A stretch of DNA of 64,000 nt from Sphyrna mokarran. Lineage: Eukaryota. Of this stretch, positions 51,780-64,000 are shown in pieces. How positions within the stretch are numbered: the first letter of the stretch is position 1; each line of letters begins with the position of its first letter. The stretch covers positions 12,834,001-12,898,000 of the forward strand of contig JAGIQG010000016.1 of NCBI GenBank assembly GCA_024679065.1, given 5' to 3'. The notes beneath the pieces were generated by a model. That model had not been told where the DNA came from. It saw nothing but the letters and a program-made list of their open reading frames with translations, and ran no database searches. Position numbers and translations under genes: made by a program.

Positions 51780-54450
51780 AAATAGAATTGGGGCTTTTCT
51801 TCGCTGTACAGATAGGAGCATCTGTGGACGTAAAGAAAGTGACTCCTGGAAAATACGTTGCCTTCCTGGTGCCAGTGTCCTTGATGTCTCTGAATGGGCA
51901 GAAAGCAATCTGAAGGCAAAGAGTGAACAGCAAAAGGCACATTGAAACGAACGGTTTAGGAAGGAAGAATAAAGATGTTCTGAAACAGCAGTTTAGACAG
52001 TTAGGCAGGAAGTTTAAAACAAAAAATCAGGGCGACTCGGATTATAACCTCATCAGTGAGCATTGGAAGAGGACGGTAGTAATTGCCCAGCACGTGGCTA
52101 ATGAACTGATGTAAGAAAAATGGATTCTGACATCTGAACCATTGGGATCTCTTTGGAGCAGGTCGGACCTGCACAAGAAGGACGTGTTACATCTAAACTA
52201 GCGAGGCATAATTATTCCACCAGGAGGTTTGCTAGCATCAAACATGAGGATTTATATTTGTTTCGCAACGGTTTGACAATCAAAGCAAAATTGAATTAAG
52301 TGAATGGGAACGAGTGAGAAGGACCATAAAGGATCAATGAAGGAGTAGACAAGCTGTGGCTGCTGAACAAAGAGGATGTGGAGGACTGAAATGTTTAGAT
52401 ATGAGAAACACACTATGTAAAGCAGAGATTGCATTCGTACTTGGAACTGTGATGTCTTTGCCATTGGGAACACTAGTTTAAGTGGAGCATAGGAGTGGCA
52501 CGTTACCTTTCCAGGACAGAGATATTTCAGTCGAGATAGACGGTGATTATAACAAAAAAATGGGGCGTGCACTTCAGGTTAAGTAGAATATAAGAGCTCT
52601 ATTGTGAGAGGATACCTCAGAAGGCTGATATATCGAGTAAATATGATAAGAGTTCATGAACAGGAAGGGAATAATCAGTATGTAAGAGACTTAATATCGG
52701 CACACAACGGACAGCGTCAGATAAAGGAACCGATGTGTAGGCAGATTTAGATAGGTTTTAAAAGGGGCAGGAATGTTATATTGACTGAAACTTGATTAGC
52801 ACAAAGAAGCTATATGGGATAGTGTTTGTAAGCAGCATCGAGGAGGTCTATTTGAAACCGTATGTGGATAGTCTAACTAGGGAGGAGGCCTTTCCTAACC
52901 TGGTGATATGGAATAAGCGCGGCCATGTTCTCGATGTTTCAGTAAGGGAACAGCTCAGATCAGTGGTCACAATTCTGTAAGCTTTAAAGTAATGATCGAT
53001 ACAGATAGGTGGAGTCCAAGGTGAAGGGGTTAAGTTTGGGATCGGCGAATTACAACAATATTCAGCAGGGAACGAAGAATGCAGATTGTGTTCGTCTTTC
53101 TTTAGGGATAAGTTAATGTCTGGTATGCGGAAAATTCTCAGGTGTAATATTGATACAAATTCAGGACCGGCACGTTCCTGTAGAGATGAAGGAGAGGTAT
53201 GGCAAGTTTCGGGAACCTCGGATAACGAGATCTGTTCTGAACCCAGTCAAAAAGAGAGAGTGAAAAAACAACCAGAGGAATCAAGTGAGGAATACAAGAA
53301 AAGTTGAAAATAACTTTAGCCAAGGGGTCACAAAAAGCCTTTGGCCAGCGGAATTAAACAACATCCGAAGATTTGTTTATACAACAATGAAGAACAAGAG
53401 TACATCTAAGGTGATGATTGACTCACTCAGATGTTGGGATCAAGTATACGTATGAAAACATATGGAATGCATGATGTATCAAACGAATACAGTCTCAAAT
53501 AATAAAAAAAAACTTAGCGAATGATGTTTCTGGGAAAGGTGTGGAGATAATTTGGTTCATGTTTATATCGAGAAAGGGAGGTACTGTGAGTTTTGAAACA
53601 AAACATTAAGATGGGCAAGTCACCAGGGCATTATGGGGTTTAACCCAGAATACTGAGTAAATCGAGGGAGGAAATGATTGGTGCAGTGTGAGAAAACGTT
53701 GGATTCATAATGGTTGGATGAGAATTTCCAACCAATTGGAGATAAAAAAAACTATGCTTTATTTTTGTTTAACAAATGGTAGCAAGGAAATTCAGATAAT
53801 TGCAGAATGGTGATTCTTACATCAGTTGTAGGAAAATTATTGGTGATGATTCTTTAAATGGATTCACTCCCACTTGGAAATCTTTGAACGTTTTAGCGAG
53901 AAGCATATAGTTTTGTGAAAGTGAAGTTATGTCGAACGAAGATGAAAAATCACTTTGAGGAAGTGCGGAAAATTATTGATGAAGACAGGGCAGTTGGATG
54001 CTATCTGCATGGACTTCAGCCAAGCCTTTGACAAAGTTCTTCCACGGCAGACTAGATCATCAGTCATCAGACGGGATTGGATAGAAGTTGGCAAGATGGA
54101 CACAAAACGGGCTCGTTCATAGAAGATTAAGAGCGTCGTGGAAGGCTATGTTTCTGAATGTAAAATGTTACTGGATCGATTCGCAAATTAACAGAAGATA
54201 CTAACTTCGATGGAAGTATGGAAGGTGATGAGGATAGCCAGAGGATAAAGAATGATCTAGATGTTTTGGAAACTGAGGTGTACAGATGGGGGGATTTTAC
54301 CTGGACAAATGTGTGGTAATGCATTTCGGAAGTTCTAATAATTCTGGGAAATACACAGTAAATGGTACAGCACAAAATAATAGAGGGACATATGTATGCA
54401 TGTGCAGAGGTCCCTGAATGAGCAGTGCAAGTGGAGAAGGTTTTTTTGGA
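51780..54450 (+). mobile_element. Decayed CR1 LINE including ORF1 esterase remnant and ORF2
   Basis: TDRSICGRKESDSWKIRCLPGASVLDVSE resembles the CR1 ORF1 SGNH esterase; catggacttcagccaagcctttgacaaagtt = MDFSQAFDKV. Confidence 0.85.
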
Positions 54451-55039
54451 AAGCTTACAACTTTATTTTGATTAATTCGTAGGGTAGAGACGTCGCTGTC
54501 TGGTCAACATTTATTGCCCAACCCGGGATTTTCTTAATGAAGTTTGCTCACGTTCATACGTCTCTGTTGAAGTAGATTTGTTCCACATAAAATTAAACAT
54601 ATTTGCAGTGCGCATATTATCTGGATGGTCAAGAAGAAAACATTGAATGATAACAGACAGATATTAATTCTCAATTTATTAATTCTTCTGATTGAAGCTA
54701 ATTTGCATCGTTTATTAACAACGTTATTCTTGTTCTTCAAAGACAATTGTTAATATTAGTAGTAGGAATAATGCTACCTGTGATACTTCTGGATGTGCAA
54801 ATAGTCTGAAACATGTCCCATTTTCATCATGTTAATCTTGAGTTTATGTGTGTTTTTCGTATTCATCCATTAAAAAAACACTGTCTTTCACATTGAGCGT
54901 GATGAAAAACAACAAATATAATTTCCCAGTTTGTAAATTTTATTTGGCATTACCTCCTTTTCATTTCATATGAACACTTGAGTATTTTTGGTACATTTCA
55001 GGCGATTTTCCTTTTATATAGAAAACCAAGGGTGTCATC

Positions 55040-55280
55040 AATTGTAGAATTCGCCCAAAGTATTATGAATCTATGAAAGTCCCTGTTCAGTTAAGGAGTT
55101 GGAGCTAATTAATTGAATGTATTTTAAGGCAGGGACAGGTAAGTTCTTCGAGAGTAAATTAATGAAGCATTACGTGGGTGGCCGGGTAAGTGGAGCTGAG
55201 CCGATGAAAATGCCTTATCGAATAGGAACAGGAGGGTCGAGTGGACAGAAAACGTATCCGTGTTCCAAGTTCCTATATCC
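55040..55280 (+). mobile_element. Decayed CR1 3' end
   Basis: tttaaggcagggacagg...gtggagctgag...aggagggtcgagtggacagaaa. Confidence 0.55.
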
Positions 55281-56166
55281 TGACGGCTTTACTTTCAAAT
55301 CTCGAAAAAAAATCTGATTCAATTAATAACTTGGACAGTCTGAAAGGACATGTAAGAAAGTCAAAGCAAAGAACGTGAAGTTAGAATGTTAAAATATTTT
55401 TTTTAAAAAACAGGTTACAAATGACATTTTTTTCTTTGAATACGCGATCATCCCTCACCTCAGATTCAAAAATCGAACTTACTGGTCGTTTCCACCTCAT
55501 TTAGTTCCGGGTTCAACTTTCCTCAAGGTTGAGATATGTATCTGAATTTATTTTTCACAAGAATCAGATTTTGTTTGTTGTTGTTGTTCAATTTGATGAT
55601 TGGATAAATTTTCATAGACTAAATACTTAAATTTAGGAGCATCACTGTAAAATAACGCGAACAGTCGCTGATGTGCATAGGATAACTCTAAGCCACAACT
55701 TGCAAGAATGAAACTGATTTTAGAAGCAAATACATTTGAAACCCTGCCGACAATATAGTTCTGAAATAAACACCGAAAACATTAAAAACCTCAGAAGGTC
55801 GTTGAGCATTTGTCAGGAGCAGAACAAAATTAAGATTCAGAATGTTGTTTTTTTATTGTTTGACCGTAATTCATACGGTTTGTCATTATACTCATTTTTT
55901 TCAACAACACGTGAGTAGTAATTTCAACCATTTTAATTCACAACGTATTTTTATTTCAATGTAAATTCCATTCTATGCATTTCATCGGTAGGCTCTGTCC
56001 ATATGAATAAACATGAAACACTTTTTTTTCTACAACAACAGATGATAATAATTTTGCTTATTCATATTGTAGAAGGAAATCTGTGCAAAGATATTCAGGA
56101 GCAGACAGGTACGAGAAAAAATGAAGTTTCCAATCTTGATCAAATGGCATTGTTTTAACTGCGCAC

Positions 56167-56205
<39 letters not shown>

Positions 56206-56227
56206 CGTAATCATAATAATAAATAAC
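56167..56227. repeat. (AAT)n microsatellite
   Basis: Directly visible. Confidence 0.95.
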
Positions 56228-59200
56228 TTGTATGGTATGTTTTCCTGAATTGCAGAATATGTTACCAATTTGCAAATGCACAACAAATCAAATTTACTTG
56301 AGATACTGTTCCATAACGTTCGAGAAACTGTTCCATAACATCAAAGTATATGAAGTCATCTGGAAAGCACATTATAGGCAAAGTAAAACAGAAAAGTGCA
56401 TATTTTGGTATACAACAAATGAGTTATGCAATTCAGAAGCTATGGAGTGATGGAAATAAGACTGGCAAAAGAAGACTTGATAAACTAACGACCGTTAATG
56501 TAAACACAATCCAGAAGACTAAAACAGACATATAGGGGGAAAATGCTACCAAAAGCAGCTGTGCCATTAAAAAAAAAGAAACAAACAGGGAAAATAATGA
56601 CAGATGAAGGCTGAATGTCTGGTGTTGGTGGTAAATAAACAGTGTGAATTTGACTTCAGCAAGTAATGAAATAGCTCGAAAAGTACATATAAAAACAAAA
56701 ATAAATATCATTGTGGCACTGAAGCTTTCTCCACAAATGACATTCGTTCGCCTAAATTTGACTGCTGATTCACATCTTCCTGTTACATAAAAATGTGTTG
56801 ACTGATATTTCGAGAGGTAAGGATTCAGAATGTGAATGAATGATTTCGAAGCGCCTTGTCCACATTCGATATGTCATTGATTCCGGACTACTGAAGTGTT
56901 ACACAAAAATGGGATGTTATCCTGAAAACGAACCACAGATATCTTAGAAGCCATGCTTAAGCATTAGGGATTAAGATTATCTTTGCAAAGAAAAGTCAGA
57001 ACAAAATTACGATTAACTTCAATAAAGATCAACATTTAATTACAACAACAGAATTTCTTTAGGACACTCATTTGATCAAGAACATACGATTATACGAACC
57101 TGAAACATACATAGACCGCATTGCACTTCCGGGACTACAACATTCAATATTATCGCGTTTGAGCTGATTTTCAAATAAAATGTCCTGCCTCGCGATTCAT
57201 GTTCAAGGGGAATAATATTTCTATGTAATGTCTCAATGTTCCGTGAACACGTTTAAACAATTTCCACTGTCAATATCGTCATTTTCACATATTCGCTTAT
57301 GTTACTTCATTTTCCAGAACACTGCCTACTCATGCAATAAATTAACTTATCACTATTCGTCTGTAGCCTCTTTTCCTTTTGGAATATCGCTTACAAACTA
57401 AGATTCTGCTGTAAGCAAATCAACGACGAAAAAAAAATGTTGTCCCCCAAAACAATAAAACGTTGTACCGACTTGAAATCCTAGACATGGGCCTTCTGGA
57501 ACACAACTCAGGACAACGTTCGAAACTAGTCGCTAATGTTGCACAGCACGGACATGTTTGTTTCTAAATCATTCAATTGCAAACATAATTGCTATATGGA
57601 CACTTAGCCATCTTTTCCATTCGTGGGACCGGAAATCGGAGAGTCATGCCTGAGCTCAATGGAGCTTTGCATAGTGCGCCTCCGACCCACTGTAATTCCT
57701 TTGACAGGCAGGACGGGAAAAATCAGGCCAATAAATTTGATTTCACCATGTTGTATCATATGCTGCTTAATTGCGAGTTGTAATGTCTATTCCTTCCTTC
57801 TAATTAATTTCATTATGTTTTTTGACGTGGAAAGTATTAGTTGATCAGCAGAATACAGTTACAGTGGTAGGACTGCATTCCATAAAAAATAAACGATTTA
57901 AGTTCCTAGTCAATGGTGTCAACATAATATATATTTGGTGACGGGATTGTTTTGTATAGAGTAGGAATTTTGATAGGTAACTTGTTCTTGTGGTCTCAGA
58001 TTTCCTTCATATACATCGTTGAAGGGAAATCAAAATTAAGGCCACTAATTCAAAATGTAGGGATAGCAAAAAACGAATACGAGTCATGTTCACCAGAAAG
58101 CGTATCTCAACATTTGATCGGGCCTAACTGCATCTCGCGAATTAGAGGGTGAAAGATACAAATGTATAAAAGCCAGATGCATGACTTGATTGATTCCAAG
58201 TAAGTAGAATATCGATCATACAAGTCGAAAAGAAAACACCTCACGTGGAAGACAAACCGAAGAATCTGCGAATGTATGTGCACACTCACAGAAATCAGCT
58301 GCAGAAACTGGCAGCAGAAAGTTAAATTGATGAGGAAACATGAGCTTTCTATGACAGTTAAAAAGAAATGCGAAATAAGTGGCGTTTTTATGAATCCGGA
58401 TTAAACACTGTTTCTGGCTTATGGTGTTGTCCCGTGTATTATTCTGTGTACCGCTTTCAGTAACGGGGATAGAAATGTGTTGTTTCAGTGGAGAATGATT
58501 TAAGGTTACTTGACAAAGGAATAACAATGACTTGTTCAAATGCCAGTTATTGCTTTGCATGGGTATGTCTGGATTTTGTACATGTATCACTTTGGCCTAT
58601 TCATAAAGGACATACCTGCGCCAAGTGTAAGTCTCAAATCTGATGAATGTGTTGCCTTTGGATGACAAAACAAGTTTAACATGTCAGCTAGAGTCTCAAG
58701 TGTGTTTTAATGGAAAGCATTATACACAAGACTGATATTCGCATGTCTATTGTGTGAGTCAATATTTCGGTGGAGATATAGCATTAAATTTGCCATAAAG
58801 GAGACATAAACCATAAGGGAATTTGATTTCAAAATTCTTGGTTTCAATTTCCCATGGTAGGCAAGTGTGTCATTGATTCGCTCGAAATGAGGCTTGAGGC
58901 TAAATGAACGGAATATTGATGGTTGTTGAGCGCCAGGAACTTAATGCAACTCTACGTTTGAACGAATAGTTGCAATAATTACATTGTATGTGGAAGGATA
59001 ATTTAGTTTTCTTGTTCGACCACAATGTTTTAGATGTAAATGACCAAAGCCAATGTCGTTAAATCTAAATTATGTGAATCATGTATGAACACTTTGATGA
59101 AACAACCTTCTCCGTGTTTATCAATGAACTCAATTTCTCTGGGTTTTCACTCTCCTGCTTCGAATTCACATGATTGTCCAACTACAAAGAACAGCTAGGT

Positions 59201-62200
59201 TTTAATGTTGAACTGCAGTGTACGAGTGGAATGTGATGGCTCTCGTTCATGTTAGCACAGATAATCCCCTTATGAATTGAGCTGTTTCATCCAGAGTGCA
59301 CATTTCTCCCCATTGCAGGTCTCTTTTCATGTTTCTCCTCATTGTAATGATTGAGAGATATTCTTTTTTCTCTCTCTCTCCTTAAGGCCAATTAAAATTA
59401 CAGCAAATTCAGCAGTCTTGACTGTTTCCTAGTTCTCTTCCAATATTTTTCATGCGTTAGTCCAAGCGGTATGTTTCTAATTCCTTTCTTTTCAATTTTG
59501 CGAAAATTAACGTCATGCTGGTTTTCGTCCATCTTATTCAGGACACATCCTGCGATGTACATACTCTGTACAATAACAACAGCTGCAGTTTTCATGTTGA
59601 TATTAATGTTAGAACATTAGAGTATTTCAAAGCATATTCCGAGGGAGGAAGTTAAATATGGAGAACGCCAAGGGAATGAAACTTTTTCACTCCTGTACAT
59701 CCCAATGTAATCCTCAATGAATGATAACATGTCTGAATCATCATTCCGATTGATGGACAACACTGGAACAGAGTGAAAAAATGTTGAACCGATGTATGAA
59801 AAACTTGACAAAGCAACTGCTCAACCGTGATCATACCTGCCGGAACGACCAGTATTAATATTCGACTGGAGTCAAAAAAATTGGATCAGAATATCATTAA
59901 ATCGAACCATCTTATCATTACGGAGCATTCAGTCAAAACATTCCGCAACGTTTGATGGTATCAATATCCAACAGAAGTGTCCATTTTGCGACAGCTTGTG
60001 GCCAGAAACGCATGCAATGCAATGATGGCTAATCTGGTCACCACGCAGTAAAGACATGCTTCCTTTGTAGTGGTGCTTTTCGGCTGTGCTGGGGGAATAA
60101 ATGTCAGAATCCACAAAAACAAAACATATTATCAACACAGAAAATAAAAAACGTCTTTTATTCTGATTATGTTCCATTTAAGTTTGAAGTGAAACTTCTT
60201 ACCTCTTGTTGCAACTTGATGGCGAACGCTAACTATTTCTGAACTATTTCCTGTCAAAAGTGTAGCCTTATGGTTTGATTTTGTCATGTATTTCTAATTA
60301 ACTTTACATCAGCTGGTCAAATAATTTTGACTTTGTTACACTATAAACCAATAGTTTGGTGATTTTCTATGTTGCTCCCATCAATTAGTGAAATATAAGC
60401 AAGATTTGGATAAGATGGGTAAGAACGGTTTCAAACGATCATATTAATAGCTGCAGAATTTAAATTCGACCTGTTCCTGTGGAAAGAAAAACAGTATTTA
60501 CGACACTCACGTAATTTTCACTCTCAGTATTACCATCGGTGGCGCACTTCAACCTGACATTTGAATTCGAAGAGAGTTGCGGCATTAAGCTTGAAGGCAT
60601 GGGTTGCGTGTGGAGCCAAAGACTAAATCCGGCGGCGATTGTCGAACAAGCAAAAGCAGTCAATGCTATGCCAGAAGCATAGCCGGAAAATTTTGGACAA
60701 GTCGTGAAAATTACCGTTGTAATTTCATTTTAGCTGTAAAATCATTTAAGGTTTGCGAAAATGCCCCACAAAGTTTTTGTTTCTGCTTCTTGCTCACAAA
60801 GGAATGACTAGGTTTCTTTTGAGCTATCTATCGGACGTTACTCCTTCATTCTTCACTCTGCTGTCTTGCAGAGAATGGCCTTCTGAATAATGACATAAGG
60901 ATGAACTGTACGAAACATAAAATATCCCATTTATTTGAAGCTTGGTTACATAGCATTTCGTTTAATACAGTAGGGGGAACGTGGGAAAAAAAATAGAGAT
61001 TGTGCACTTCTCAACAAGTTTAATTAGCCTTGCTATATTTTGATAAATCCTAAGCACGTGCCTATTCTGTACATTAATTCCACAGCAGATGAAATCATTG
61101 CAAAAGAGAAGGGTGAGTGTTCAAGAAGCATAGTCAATTGGTGTGGATTCAAACAGAAATGAGTATTTTCCAGAAACTTATGATGAACAAAAATACAAGG
61201 GAAATTTTCAGAGTAGGCGCTATCATTCCGAAACAGAGAAACAACGCACAGTTCCGTGAATAATTGCAATGCGAAGAGCTAATATAAAAAAAAGCACAAG
61301 TTGGTTATTATCCGAACCTCTGATTCCAAATTTCCATTGGTTAAAAAGATTCACATGAATCATGGAGAGACAACAAAAAACATGAGTTGTTATGTTGTTA
61401 CATGCACTGTTTGACTGATAATCTCGGAAGCAAAAATGACGCTTTCAAAAGTAAAATTCATTTGTTAACTAAATTAGATTTTTGGGTTGTAGAGTGCAGA
61501 TTTATGGGCAAGAACATAGTGGAGAAATTATACAATAAACATAAATATGGAATCATGGTACTGTAACTTTTCAAAATGGACACACGGGATAAAGCGTAAG
61601 AAAACCATATGCAACAAATTCTTCATGAAATTATGCCGAAGAGTAGTTTATCTCGTTAGAAGATGGACAGGCATTTGATCTTTTTTTTTTACCGACTGTA
61701 ATTGACAGTGTCGAAATCAGTCAAGAGCAATCCAATAATCCTATCATTTTACAGATTGTATTGTAATTTCACTGATTAAAAGTGTCGCTTTAACTGTACC
61801 GACGAGTGGAGATGAAAGGTTCAGATTACATTCAAAAAATCCAACAACAGTCACAATAAAATAGTTCAACTAATAACATGCCTGATTGAATTTCATGAAC
61901 ATGCAGTAACATGCCATTTTTTTCATCAAGTCTTTCAGTATAGTAACCAATTTCTTTTATTTTGTGTCGTTAATTATGTTGTCTTGTAATATTTTTGTGT
62001 TGCTATTTCATGCTTTCTGCTTTATGGTTATTCTCAACACATGGAGTCATTTTGATTTGGACTGAAGCCATTGTAATTGACATGGAATCAGGATGTTTTG
62101 AACAACTAGAAATTACAACTTGTTCCCTAAATTTGGACCTGTTCTTTGGAATGCTTATTGCAATGAATAGAATAAATTATTGAAATAGAAATGGTCAGTG

Positions 62201-62364
62201 CTGGGGCTGATGAAGTACTGTTTTCAATTGGGATGCAAAAGGCTAATGATATGTTACTCACACATACTTAGCAACATCTCCGAGTGATTGCAGACATTTC
62301 TTGATGAAATTAATTTGAAATTAGAAGAAATGTTTCGCAATACCCACAAACTTCGTTTGTTTCT

Positions 62365-63165
62365 TGATTCCTTCCTAACAACCATCCTTCCAAATTTCCT
62401 ATTCATTCCTCTTTATTTCCCTTCCTTCCTCTTGTCCTTCCTCCATCCCCCTGTTTCCCTCCTTGTCTTCTTTCCTCCTTTCTTCTCTTGTTCACTTCAT
62501 TCCTATTGCCCTCAATTCCTTCCCTCAATTGATTCCCTTAATTGTTTTCTCCCTTCCTTCATTGTTTCTTCCTTCTTTCTGTGCTTTCTTCCTTACACCA
62601 TACTCCCTTCATTCTTTCATTCCTTCCTTCCTTCCGTCCTTCCTTCCTTCCTTCTTTCCTTTTCCCCTTCCTCCTTTTCTTCCTTCATTTTTCCTTCCTT
62701 CTTCCTGTACTTTCATCCTTGTTCCTTCCTTCCTTCTTTTCTTCCTTTCTGCCTTACTTCTTTCCTTCCAAACTTTCTTTCATCCGTCCTACATTCCTGC
62801 CTCTCTTCCTTTCTTCCCGATTTCTTTTTTTTTTCTTTTTATTCCTCCCTTCCTCCCTGCCTTTCTGCCTTCCTTTCGTCCTCCCTATGTCCTTCTTTCA
62901 TTACTTCCTTCATTCATTCCTTCAATTCTGCCTTCTTCCTGCGTCACTGCCTTTCATCCTTCCTTCGTTTCCACCGCCCTTCATTTTTTCCTCCTTCCCT
63001 CCCTCCAGATGATTTCTCCCTTCCTCGCTTCCTCCATTCCTTCCTTCCTTTCGTCTTTCCTTCCTTCATTCATTCATTCTTTCATTCCTTCCCTCTCTCC
63101 TTCCTTCCATTCTTCCATCCTCCCTCGCTTTTCCCTCCCTGCCTCCCTCTCCTTCGTTCCTTTTT
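62365..63165. repeat. Degenerate (TTCC)n/(TTCA)n polypyrimidine tract
   Basis: About 800 nt that are mostly C/T on +; produces three stop-free F/L/P/S ORFs. Confidence 0.95.
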
Positions 63166-64000
63166 TTATCATATGCATATTTCAAATGACTTATCTACGT
63201 CTCCTGTTCAATTTTCTCTTGCTCGATCTCTCTGTGCTTCGCATAATCCTTTCTTGAAACGATTCAATTAATTATAGCTAGTTGTGGTATTGAATTTATT
63301 TTCTTTTGAGGTCTTTTCGGCTACGAGTTTCAATGACCCGGATTCCTACCATGTTTCAATCTCTTTGGATGCCAGTTGCGTGCTCGCTATTTTGGTGCTG
63401 CATCTTAAATAATCTCTGAACAATATTTCACGGTTTGCCAAATCTGTAAAGTAACGTGAATGCAGCGATGTGCACACAATCATATCTGCTTGTGTAAAAT
63501 TGTAATTTGCATACTAAGATGTCAGGAGAGTTCGCGACATTTTTTAAGAAATAATGGTCATTTTAGTTCCATACATTTCAGTGTACTGCAAAACTGTCAG
63601 CGACTCTAGAGAAGTGCATATTTCAAATAGATCATGGTTAACGTATTTATCTCTGCTGCTGATCACCAAGAGTTCCAAATTATTGGGAATCACGTGGAGC
63701 AATAAACTTCACATCACACAGTTTTAATCGGTACCATATAGAAAGACAAGTAGGATTTATATTTCAGGTATGTAGTCACAACTTTTGATGCACCCAATCA
63801 ATACTCTTATATGGTCTTTTTAATCAATACGCAGTGTTTATGTACTTTTCCAATATCGGCCAAACCAAAATCTTGCAGTAACAAGGTGCCTAAAAAACTG
63901 TAGTGAATTAACTTGCCACATTGACAATTCATATTCTTGTATATTAAGCAATTATGACCTAGACAAAATAGGACATCTTACGCCACCTGTTATTTATAAA

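Noticed and set aside
60460-60663. NVRLKCATDGN resembling an Ig B-strand
   Set aside because: No downstream Trp or YxC, and the ORF is too short for an Ig domain.
62288-63271. 327/264/156-aa F/L/P/S-rich ORFs
   Set aside because: All three frames are open because a C/T tract cannot encode stops.

Overview
AT-rich vertebrate genomic DNA, very likely from a cartilaginous fish (shark/ray): it carries CR1-clade LINEs with (TTCTATG)n tails and tRNA-derived V-SINE/HE1-like SINEs. Most of the window is young and decayed retroelements plus microsatellites, and the only ORF-track proteins I can identify are LINE fragments. The main non-repeat signal is too short for the ORF track: a dispersed + strand array of exactly 21-nt, phase-1 microexons at about 1.6-31.8 kb. 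Each encodes one coiled-coil heptad (ELNMSGD, AMTACQK, ELKTIGG, ELKRSGE, SERKLEQ, ELKMYQA), interleaved with related copies whose splice sites or frame are broken. This architecture matches the cytoplasmic tails of butyrophilin/B-G/MOG-type Ig-superfamily genes. No Ig-domain or B30.2 exon, and no TM exon ahead of the array, is recognisable, so the family assignment is inference. All exon calls and counts were made by eye; repeat boundaries are approximate.
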